From contig JAVYME010000006.1 of the NCBI GenBank assembly GCA_038736825.1, forward strand, positions 1 through 32,000: 32,000 nucleotides of DNA. Reading direction: 5' to 3'. The notes under the pieces were generated by a model that was not told the DNA's origin, did not search any database, and saw only the letters and a list, made by a program, of their open reading frames with translations. The first letter of the stretch is position 1. Every line of letters begins with the position of its first letter. Made by a program: the position numbers and the translations under genes. Positions 8,976-17,436 of the stretch are shown here, one piece after another. The DNA comes from Candidatus Iainarchaeum sp. (lineage in GTDB: Archaea; Iainarchaeota; Iainarchaeia; Iainarchaeales; DTGL01).

Positions 8976-10655
8976 TTATTGTTCTTTTTTTTCTTTTATC
9001 CTGATAATGGCAATTATGCAGGCTGCAATGATTGTTGCCAGCAATGGATTGGTTTCAGGGGTTTCAAGTTCTGGTGCTGGCATGCCAACAACTATGTTTT
9101 TTGTTTTCGGGCAATTAGTGCATTCTTCGCCTAAAATTGTTGCTTTCAAAGTGTAAATGCCTGGTTCTGGAAAGCCTTGCCTTGAAAAAACCAGGCTTTT
9201 TTCTTTGCAGGGAATGTTTTCGTGTGGAATGCTTGTGATTGCACTTCCGTTCTCGTGAAAGTATTCTATTCTTGCTTGTGCATCCTTGTTGCACGCAATT
9301 GTTATGGTTGTCGGCATTGTTGCATTTTCTGGGTTTGTGGCGTCAAATTTGGTTATTGTGGCTCTTTCAGTTACATTGATTGTTTTGTTTTTCGGGTTTG
9401 AAGAAGCGCCTGTATTGTCTGTTACTGTTAGCGATACAAGGAATTCTCCTTTTTTGGTGAAAACATGGGATGTTTTTGGATCGGTTTTTGTTTCAGTTGA
9501 ACCGTCTCCAAAATTCCAATTGTATTTTGCAATTGTTCCATCCGAATCACTGCTTCCAGAAGCATCAAATAAAACGGTTAGTGGAACAAGTCCTGAGTGC
9601 AAATTGGTTGTGAATTCCGCTTTAGGCTTGCAAGTGGCATTTCCGCCTATTGCTTGGCACCCATAAGGGCAAAGCACATCATTATGAATTTGGCTTGAAT
9701 TGGAATAACAAGAGCCTCCACTGCAACCCCTTTCAATGCAGTTTTTGCTTTGCCTTTTGCTGTTTCCATTGCAAGTGTAAAATGGCCCAAAGTTTGGGTC
9801 ACAAGTTGTGCCGGCATTGCAGTTGGCAGTCACACTCCAGCCATAGCAAGAGCCATTGTCACAGCAAGTGCCGGTTTCAACATTTTGTGCAGCATTGCAC
9901 CTGGAAGAGCTCCAGCAAACAGGGGTTGGAATTGGTGTTGGAGTTGGAATTGGAGTTGGTGGCGGGGTTATTGTTGGGTGAGGTGTTAGAGTTGGTGTTG
10001 GAGATTGTGGGGGGCAAGGCAGGCATTTGCCATTACTGCAACCACAAGGACAGGTTGCCACAAAAACTATATCACAATAAGTGGTTTGGTTCCAGAGATC
10101 GTTTCCCTTGCAAAAGGTTGAAAAATTGCAAAGTGTTGGAGTTGGTTTTGGTGTTGGCGGAGGGGTTGGCGGTTGAGTTGGTGTGGGAATTGGCGTTTGT
10201 ATTGGGGTTGGTGTGGGTGTGGGTGTTGGTGTTGGTGTTTGGCAGGCCAGGCATTGTCCGTTGCTGCAACCACAAGGACAGTTTTTCACAAAGTATTCGT
10301 CGCAGGACGAGTTTTTTTGCCATACATCTTTTCCCTTGCAAAAAGTTGAAGGAGTGCATTCCGGTTCCGGTTTTGTTTGGCATCTCCAATTTTCGCACTT
10401 GTAGTCATGACAGTCTAAGCAGCTCCCACAGGTGCTTGGCCTGCAATTGGAGCAAGAACCAAGGCAGTCATCGCATCCAGTGCAACCACACCACCAAAGA
10501 CAAATGCATGCTTCTTTGCATTGACAGCTTTCAGCTGTGCTTTGACAGTAGGGGCACCACCCAGTGCCTTTTATGCAGTTAGCTGCAAATCCTGGATTGA
10601 AAAGAAAAGCTAAAATTGTGAAAAGAGTCAAGATTGAAATTGATTTTTTTGCCAC
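8976..10655 (-). CDS. Cys-rich secreted surface protein with Pro/Thr linkers, PKD domain and C-terminal TM anchor
   Basis: Signal peptide MAKKSISILTLFTILAFLFNPGFA, with an apparent GTG start. A Cys-dense N-module follows. Two repeated modules are C..STFCKG.D.W......C...FV..CPCGCSNG.CL.C. The PKD signature is FDASGSSDSDGTIAKYNWNFGDGS. The C-terminus is NPLLATIIAACIIAIIRIKEKKEQ. Confidence 0.9.
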   Translation of the reverse strand: MAKKSISILTLFTILAFLFNPGFAANCIKGTGWCPYCQSTAESCQCKEACICLWWCGCTGCDDCLGSCSNCRPSTCGSCLDCHDYKCENWRCQTKPEPECTPSTFCKGKDVWQKNSSCDEYFVKNCPCGCSNGQCLACQTPTPTPTPTPTPIQTPIPTPTQPPTPPPTPKPTPTLCNFSTFCKGNDLWNQTTYCDIVFVATCPCGCSNGKCLPCPPQSPTPTLTPHPTITPPPTPIPTPTPIPTPVCWSSSRCNAAQNVETGTCCDNGSCYGWSVTANCNAGTTCDPNFGPFYTCNGNSKRQSKNCIERGCSGGSCYSNSSQIHNDVLCPYGCQAIGGNATCKPKAEFTTNLHSGLVPLTVLFDASGSSDSDGTIAKYNWNFGDGSTETKTDPKTSHVFTKKGEFLVSLTVTDNTGASSNPKNKTINVTERATITKFDATNPENATMPTTITIACNKDAQARIEYFHENGSAITSIPHENIPCKEKSLVFSRQGFPEPGIYTLKATILGEECTNCPKTKNIVVGMPAPELETPETNPLLATIIAACIIAIIRIKEKKEQ

Positions 10656-10697
10656 GTTAGAGTTAAGTTCATAACTTATTTATTTCTTTTGGTGTGT

Positions 10698-11249
10698 ATG
10701 CTTACTATGCTTGTGTTGGGTAAATGGCAAAAGCTTGGCTTGCTTGGCTTGATTGTTTTTTTTGTGGTTTTGTTTTTGGTTTATGTTTTTTTTCCTGTTT
10801 TTTTTGGGAAAAAACAGGCAATGCCGGCATGTGACTTGAGGTCAAGCGAGTGTGCACCGGTTGAGGTTGGTGGTGCCAAGGTTGTAAAGCTTTCTGGTTT
10901 TGAGAATTTGGAAAAACTAGAATTGAATGTTGTTATTGAAAACAGCGGGTTTAATGTTTCAAATTTTTTAATTGAAAAACAAAGCTTTTCCCTCAAAGTG
11001 AAAATCTCAAACAAGGATTCCGAAAGCCATAGAATTGCCTTGCTGGGAAAAACAGAAAAAAATTCAGAAATCTTTGAAACAATTGAACGCGAAAGAATCA
11101 TCGCTCCAAACGAATCAACAGAAATACTCATAATCTCGCCAGGAAAACTGGACACCGAGGGAAAATTCTCCAAATACGAAAACGACATGCTCTTATCATG
11201 CACAACCTGCAAATCAAATCCAAGACTCGATATTACTATAAAAAAATGA
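10698..11249 (+). CDS. Hypothetical N-terminally anchored membrane protein
   Basis: Track ORF 10689..11249 starts at TTG, with in-frame ATGs at 10698 and 10707. The TM segment is LGLLGLIVFFVVLFLVYVFFPVFF, followed by a K/E/N-rich beta-type ectodomain. The antisense ORF 10781..11278 is S/F-rich and was rejected. Confidence 0.65.
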   Translation: MLTMLVLGKWQKLGLLGLIVFFVVLFLVYVFFPVFFGKKQAMPACDLRSSECAPVEVGGAKVVKLSGFENLEKLELNVVIENSGFNVSNFLIEKQSFSLKVKISNKDSESHRIALLGKTEKNSEIFETIERERIIAPNESTEILIISPGKLDTEGKFSKYENDMLLSCTTCKSNPRLDITIKK

Positions 11250-11388
11250 TTTTGCAGTGTTTTGCTTAAAGATTGCATTAAGTCCTGCCTGTTTTTCTGC
11301 CACGAATTAAAACTTTTTTTAAGCGGATTAAAATCAGGAATAATGGAAAGGATAATCCTGCACAGGCAAACGGCATTGAATTCAAGTT

Positions 11389-14386
11389 GCGTTAAAGCGT
11401 AACCTCGGGTTTTTAGTGTCAGTGGACTGAAAAGCTCGCCGAAGCTTGCTTCTTACATCTCTGACCTATCAAGCCGGTGTTATACCGACACCCTTGTCCC
11501 TAGCGCTTTGCACCGAAGTGCAAAGTGTTCGGGATTGGCTGTCTATTTTCAGGGAACGCTTCAAGCTTAGATGCTTTCAGCTTTTATCGTTTACAGCGTG
11601 GCTACCCGGCTTTGCCTTGTCAGACAACCGGCAAACCAGTGGCTGCGACTCCAGGTTCCTCTCGTACTAATGGAATCTTTCCCTCAGACAACCAGCACTT
11701 CCAACAGATAGTATCCAAACTGGCTCGCACCGTTCTCAACCCAACTAACGTAGGGCTTTAATGAGTTAACACCTCCACCCTTGGCTGCTTATGCACAGCC
11801 AGGATGCCCTGAGACGACGGCGAAGTATCAAACCGCGGGGTCGATGTGGACTCTCACCCGCGACGGATCCATTACCCCCAAGGTAAGTTCACTATCAGAC
11901 TAGGGCCCCTTCAATGGGCGCACTAGCGTTCACTAGACCGTGCTTTCGCAACAAGGTTTCTTGCTGTGTGAAACCCTGTAAAGCCTGCTTTTACTCTTAT
12001 ATTCAAAGGCGGATTTCTGACCCGCTTGAGCAGACCTTTGGATACCCCTGATATCTTTTCAGGGGTGTACCGCCCCAGTCCAACTGCCCGGCTAATGGTG
12101 TCCTTTTGCAAGTTAGCAAGACAGTTTTGTAGGGATGGTGTTACATTGTCGCATCCAGATTTCCTGACGAAAACCCTTCGACTGCTCCCATCTACGCTAT
12201 ACTTACAAAACCGGCTCACAGCATCAGCTTGCAGTAAACCTCTGTGGGGTCTTCTCTTCCCGTTGGAAGTCCGCGGCATGTTCACCGCGTATCGCGTTCA
12301 TCGGACTGAAGTCAGGGACAGTGGGGATCTCGTTGCTTCATTGGTGCAAGCCGGCATTAAACCGGCAAGGTATTACGCTACCATGAGAGCCTCAGAGTTA
12401 GGCCCGCTCTTTACCAGCGCTTAGTCCCCTTGAACGGGGTTTTCACGTACTGGCAGTGAGCAGAGGTCAGCCCCTATTCACACCCTTGCGGGCTTGCAGG
12501 GACCTGTGTTTTTACTAAACAGTCGGACCCCCCTTGCTATTGAAACCAGGCATTCGCATGCCTGGCACCCCTTGTACCGAAGATACAGGGCTAATTTGCC
12601 GAATTCCCTTGACTTCATTACTCCGTTACGCCTAAGCTTTTTCAGCTAGGGGCACCCCTCTCGGTTCTCGGTACGGTTATTCGAAATCCTTGCCGCAAAC
12701 CTTTTCACTGGCTCCAGGCCTCAGCCGAACCTTGCGGCTATTCCCATTTTTTGTCCTTTTCACACCATTACAGTTCTCCAAGGACTTATAATGGTTAAGG
12801 CCATCGACACTAGGCCTCAGCCTAGCCCGAAGCAACAGTTTGCAGCCATTCGTTGCCGAAAGCGTATTCGAATAGTACAGGAATATGAACCTGTTTCCCT
12901 TTCTCTTTCACCGTGTTACGGGAAAGATTAGGACCGACTGACCCTTAGCTAATGGTTAGCGCTAAGGAACCCTGGCCCTTTCGGCGGAAGGGATTCTCAC
13001 CCTTCAATCGTTATTACTTGCCCAAGGATCCATACATCCAGCGGATTCACTGGACATTGCTGCCCAGCTTTCACTCCACCGGATTACCCCCTTACTGGTT
13101 GATAACTGTTACAGTTATCCCCAAAGGTTTCGGCAGCCGGTTTTAGCCCAGATTATCTTTCGGGGCCTTTGTCCTAGGTAGGTGAGCTATTACGCACTCT
13201 TTAGAGGGTGGCTGCTTCTAAGCCAACCTTCCTACTGTTTAAGGGCAGAGACACCCTTTGTGAGTGACACTTAACCGGCATTTGTGGGCCTTAACCTTTG
13301 TCCGGGTTGTTCCCCTCCAAGACTAGCGGCTTACCCGCCAGCCCCCACTCCAGCCTTCTACGGCGATTGTTGCTTCGGAGTTTGAAAAGAAAGCCGGTCC
13401 TTTCGAACCAATACTTTCTACTCAGTATCTCTACACAACAATCAGCCTCTGGCCAGGCAATCCTTCGGGATTCTTCAGGGGGAGCCTGCAATCGCCAAGC
13501 GCGACTCGTATATCGCGCCTATTCCCAGGTCACCCGAGCAGATAGACTAGTACCGGTTGAAGTCCTCCACCTCTCGGAAGAGAGGCTTCGACTTGCCCAG
13601 GAATAGATCGCTTGGCTTCAGGTCTTGACCCAGTGACTGGGGCGCGAGAACACCCGCTCTCTCGCCGCATTTCGCGGTTGCAGAGCCTTCGGTTTCCCTT
13701 CGGCTGCTCCATTGACAGGATTAGCCTTGCCACTAGGACAAACTCCCTTGGTCGTGATTCTAGACGAACGGCGCAACCCTGGTCTGCAAGCTCGCTTGTT
13801 TTTTTGCAAAAACTTGCTTCGCTTGCTTCTACCCTTTTGAGCCGCGCCCGCCTGTCGCCATCTAGTTTCAAACGCTTTTCAGCCCCCGTTAGGGGTGCTT
13901 TTCAACCTTCCTTCACAGTACTAGTACGCTATCGGTCTCAACACGTATTTAGGGTTTGAAGTTAAAGACTCCATTCTTCGCGCGCAACATCCGGTGCACG
14001 CTACTCTTGAACTTGGCAATAATCCATTGCATTTCAGCTTACACGGCTTTCACGCTCTATGGCGCTCTGTTCCAAGAGACTTCTGCTTCAATGCTTTGGA
14101 TTTAACCAAGCCAACACCACATCCACCATACATTGCTGTACGGTATTCGGTTTGCCCTCTGCCGTTTTTTCTCGCTGATACTCACGGCATCTCAATTGAT
14201 TTCTTTTCCTGCGGTTACTAAGATGCTTCAATTCACCGCGTATGCCCTCCCTTTCGGGATGATTCGGGAATCCAGGGTTCTAAGACTGCATGCGTCTCGC
14301 CCTGGCTTATCGCAGCTTGCCACGCCCTTCTTCGACAGTTGAGCCTAGTTATCCCCTAGATGGCTTTTTGTTCAACGCTTTACGCA
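11389..14386 (-). rRNA. rrl: 23S rRNA (about 3.0 kb, no large insertion)
   Basis: The 5' domain (revcomp of 14290-14386) reads GCGUAAAGCG...AAGCCAUCUAGGGGAUAACUAGGCUCAACUGUCGAAGAAGGGCGUGGCAAGCUGCGAUAAGCC. The sarcin-ricin loop AGUACGAGAGGAAC is the revcomp of about 11657-11670. The 3' terminal CGCUUUAACGC (11389-11399) can pair with the 5' terminal GCGUAAAGCG (helix 1). Ends are +/-15 nt. Confidence 0.93.
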
Positions 14387-14613
14387 TTCCAGTTCAAAAA
14401 AAACCGGAATTCGTGAAGTCAATGCCATTAACCTGTGCAGGATCATCTTCCGTTAACATGAAAACTACTGTTATGCTTGAGTTAACAGAATCACTATTCC
14501 ATTCCAAAAAAGCTTGGAATGGTCATCATCAACAATGATGAATATAACAAAATCCCGCTTGGATTTTTTTTTTACAACTTTCTTTTCTTTTTTTGTGAAT
14601 AGAAAGCTGTTAT

Positions 14614-14685
14614 TGGACCCAGCGGGAATCGAACCCGCGGCCTCAGCCTTGCAAAGGCTGCGTCATACCGCTAGACCATGGGCCC
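14614..14685 (-). tRNA. tRNA-Ala (anticodon UGC) in the 16S-23S spacer
   Basis: The revcomp is GGGCCCAUGGUCUAGCGGUAUGACGCAGCCUUUGCAAGGCUGAGGCCGCGGGUUCGAUUCCCGCUGGGUCCA. The anticodon arm is CAGCC-UUUGCAA-GGCUG, the T arm is GCGGG-UUCGAUU-CCCGC, and the G3:U70 alanine identity pair is present. The discriminator is A. CCA is not encoded. Confidence 0.95.
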
Positions 14686-14751
14686 AGCATTGTAATATTC
14701 CGTTAGAGAATATTTTTATTTCCTTTCCACGGGTTCGCTTTTTTTTTGTTT

Positions 14752-14784
14752 GTTGTTCAAAGAGCCTTTCGGGCCAGTGCACTG
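14752..14784 (-). promoter_or_regulatory. 16S processing-stem, 3' (trailer) strand with BHB bulge
   Basis: The RNA reads CAGUGCACUGG-CCCG-AAA-GGCUCUUUGAACAAC. It pairs with the leader strand at 17130-17163 through 11-bp, 4-bp and 15-bp helices. Confidence 0.8.
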
Positions 14785-15457
14785 TTAGTGCTTTAAATTA
14801 AAGGAGGTGATCCGTCCGCAGGTTCCCCTACGGACACCTTGTTACAACTTAGCCCGTCTCGCAGGACTCAGAATCGACTTTTTCTTTTGAAAAAGCCTCA
14901 TCAAAACCCTACTCAACTGGCTTGATGGGCAGTGTGTGCAAGGCGCAGGGACGTATTCATCGCGCGATAGTGACACGCGATTACTGGGGATTCCAAGCAT
15001 TCACGAGGCAGGGTTTCAAGCCTCGATCTGGACCGAGACTGGCTTTAGGGGATTGCCTTGCCCTTTCGGGTTCGGAGCCCATTGTTCCAGCCAATGTATG
15101 CCGCGTGTAGCCCAAGGCATTCGGGCCATACAGATCTACCGTCGACCACTCCTTCCTCCTTGTTTCCAAGGCGGTCCCATTAGAGTGCTCATCCAAAACT
15201 GGATAGTGGCAACTAATGGCGTGGGTCTCGCTCGTTGCCTGAGTTAACAGGACGCTTCATAGTACGAGCTGACGATGACCATACAACACCTCTCAGCGTG
15301 TCAGGTAAGCCCTTCAGGTTGACCATCATTCTGCTGTCGGCCCTGGTGAGCTGTCTGGCGTTGAATCCAATTAAACCGCAGCATCCACCCCTTGTAGTGC
15401 GCCCCCGCCAATTCCATTAAGTTTCGGCCTTGCGACCATACTTCCCAGGCAGCGGAC

Positions 15458-16245
15458 TTAACGGTTTCCCTTCAGCACTCCGGTGTCAAATGAGACCGGA
15501 ACACTTAGTCCGCATCGTTTACGGCTAGGACTAACCGGGTATTTAGTGGAAAGATGGAACTTTGCAAGCCTTGCCCTTTTTGCAGGATGCAAGGGCTGTG
15601 CAATGCCGAGAAATTTCTTCAAGTTTTGCTTGCCGTAAATGTAAAGCTCAAACTCTTCTCTTTTGCCTCTTTTTCTCTGCAATTCGCTTGTTTTGATTCC
15701 TTTGCTTGAAAGGAATTTTTTCGCGAAATCCCAGAGCGGTTTTGAGGTGGTGGAGAAAGAGATTCTGGCTTGTTTTTTTCCAATGCTTGCCTCGGCGTCA
15801 AAGAGTCCCGCGAGATAAGCACCCTTATGTCCGTCAGACCATTTTGCAATGGAGGACGGGGGCGACAGGTGCTCCCTCACAGAGCCCTTTGGAACTTCAA
15901 GCACTTCTGTCAAATACTTGTATACAGCCTTGCTTTTTGTGTGACTGTAATAGGAATTCCTGTTCTTGTCATGGAATAGGTTTAATTTCACCCGAAAACC
16001 TTCAAAAACAATTTTTGCAATACCAAATGGTATTCCTTGTTTTTGTCGGTTATAAGGATTCTGCCGTAAGACGTGTTGCCGTCACCGTGCAATATGCCCA
16101 AAATCCTGCACAATTCTTTTGAAAACTGCGCTGGCAGTTTTACAATGAACTGCGAGTTTTTGTGCCTGAACCCTTTTCCAGTTTTCTGGATTTCAGGGTG
16201 TTTTTTCAGGAACGCATTCAATTTGCATTCCAAAACCTGTTCCAC
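15458..16245 (-). pseudogene. Double-motif LAGLIDADG homing endonuclease, interrupted by a frameshift (ORFs 15988..16245 and 15458..15991)
   Basis: Motif 1 is LCRILGILHGDGNTS in the 85-aa ORF. Motif 2 is GAYLAGLFDAEASIG in the 177-aa ORF. The break falls inside the first domain (..LQKLFLKVFG* / (V)KLNLFHDKNRNSYYSHTKSKAVYKYL). The stop and start overlap as GTGA. The last ~27 codons of the second ORF lie in 16S exon sequence. Confidence 0.8.
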
Positions 16246-16291
16246 AAATTAATTTGTGCCTGAAGTTCTTAAAAGTTCCCCTTTTCCATAT
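15541..16291 (-). mobile_element. Archaeal BHB-type rRNA intron carrying a LAGLIDADG homing endonuclease gene
   Basis: It splits the conserved GGAUUAG/AUACCC 790-loop sequence. The junctions fold as CCGG/CCGG, then a 4-bp UUAG/CUAA helix flanked by 3-nt bulges on opposite strands, then UGGAAA/UUUCCA. The length is 749 nt. A shared AU leaves a 2-nt boundary ambiguity (15541-16289 or 15543-16291). Confidence 0.85.
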
Positions 16292-17129
16292 CTAATCCGG
16301 GTCGCTCCCCTAGCTTTCATGCCTCACTGTCAGGCCAGTCCTGGTCAGGCGCCTTCGCTACCGGTGGTCTTCTCGGGATCTTAGCATTTCACCGCTACTC
16401 CGAGAATTCCCCTGACCTCTTCCTGCCTCGAGCTTCCTAGTTTCCCTTGCGCGCCAACCCGTTAAGCGGGCTGATTTCACAGGGGACTTTTGAAGCTAGC
16501 TACGCATGTTTTAAGCCCAATATTAGTGGGCACCACTTGTGGAGTACGTGTTACCGCGGCGGCTGGCACGTATCTTGCCCCCCACTTATTCGCCAAGTTG
16601 TCTGGGCTTGGCAAAAGCCAGCAGTGCTGGCACTGGGAATCCCCCTATCGCGCTTTCGCGCATTGTAGAGGTTTCGCGACTGCTGCACCCCGTAGGGCTA
16701 GGGACCTTGTCTCAGTTCCCTACTCCGGGCTCCCTCTTCCAAGGCCCGTACAGATCTGAGGCTTGGTGGGCAGTTACCCCGCCAACAACCTATTCTGCCG
16801 CAGGCTCGTCCTTGAGCGCAACTTGCAGCATGAAGCAAGCGCTTTTTGGCAACAAGACATTCCAGTGCTTGTTGCCTATGGCACATTATCCCCAGTTTCC
16901 CGGGATTAATGCCTCTCAAGGGTAGATTGCCCACGTGTTACTGAGCCGTTCGCCAGAGGCCCTCGTGGCTGGCCTCTAAGACTTGCATGTCTTAATCGGA
17001 TTCCCATAGCAGTGCCCTCCAGCAGGATCAGCTGGAATCGGAAGAAACTCAATGGAATTTTTTTCCAGAAAACCTGAGCACTTTTTTTAATGCTTTCAAG
17101 TTTTCTTTGTTATGTTGAAAGCACTTTTT

Positions 17130-17163
17130 CAGTGCACTGGTTTCCCGTGGCTCTTCAAACAAC
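17130..17163 (-). promoter_or_regulatory. 16S processing-stem, 5' (leader) strand with BHB bulge
   Basis: The RNA reads GUUGUUUGAAGAGCC-A-CGGG-AAA-CCAGUGCACUG and is complementary to the trailer strand 14752-14784. Two AAA bulges on opposite strands are separated by the 4-bp CGGG/CCCG helix. Confidence 0.8.
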
Positions 17164-17436
17164 CTCACGCCAAAAAAAGCTTTGGCGCTCATTTCGTGAA
17201 TCTTAGCACATTTTCTCGAAAGGCAAAAAATTGCCAGCCGAGTGTTATGTGTAAGCGTGAAATTTTTTTTCCGGCGCTTTCGCGCCATTGCTTGAACCGC
17301 CAAAACGGTTCAAAAATGGTTTCCAGTTTTTTGTGCTGGGTTTCGGTGCCGAAAACACCGAAACATATCATTATGTGGAAGTCAGTAATTATCCCAATAA
17401 TTACCTCATTACCCGTATAATATACTCACACACAAA

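Larger units (their letters stand above)
14801..17038 (-). rRNA. rrs: 16S rRNA, interrupted by a 749-nt intron (exons about 16290-17038 and 14801-15540)
   Basis: The 5' end ATTCCAGCTGATCCTGCTGGAGG is the revcomp of 17016-17038. The 3' end ...AAGTTGTAACAAGGTGTCCGTAGGGGAACCTGCGGACGGATCACCTCCTT is the revcomp of 14801-14850. The 515 site GTGCCAGCCGCCGCGGTAA is the revcomp of about 16551-16569. The 915 region is at about 15398-15417. Total length is 2238 nt, or 1489 nt after removing the insert. Confidence 0.95.

Noticed and set aside
10781-11278. Track ORF 10781..11278 (-), 165 aa, antisense to 10689..11249
   Set aside because: Its S/F/L-rich composition is typical of the antisense of a K/E/N-rich gene. 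The plus-strand ORF has a clear N-terminal TM helix and a composition like the other proteins here. The choice is moderately confident only.
11250-11388. A 5S rRNA or additional tRNA downstream of the 23S
   Set aside because: I found no 5S-like helices or tRNA T-loop (GTTCGAAT-type) in this stretch. Most of it is accounted for by the 23S processing-stem strand.
11389-14386. A second intron or homing endonuclease in the 23S rRNA
   Set aside because: The 23S length (about 3.0 kb) is normal, no ORF in it has endonuclease motifs, and I saw no interruption of the conserved blocks I could recognise.
15985-15995. Programmed -1 ribosomal frameshift joining the two LAGLIDADG ORFs
   Set aside because: There is no X-XXY-YYZ slippery heptamer or obvious downstream structure at the junction (..GUUUUCGGGUGAAAUUAAAC..). 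A simple indel (decay or assembly error) is more parsimonious. I kept it as an open alternative in the finding.
11446-17303. About 30 track ORFs inside the 23S, spacer, 16S and rRNA leader (e.g. 11923..12285, 13530..13871, 16539..16925, 17049..17303)
   Set aside because: They overlap sequence that is unambiguously rRNA, tRNA or processing stem. They are typical spurious ORFs of GC-richer structural RNA. Only the two LAGLIDADG ORFs inside the intron carry protein motifs.
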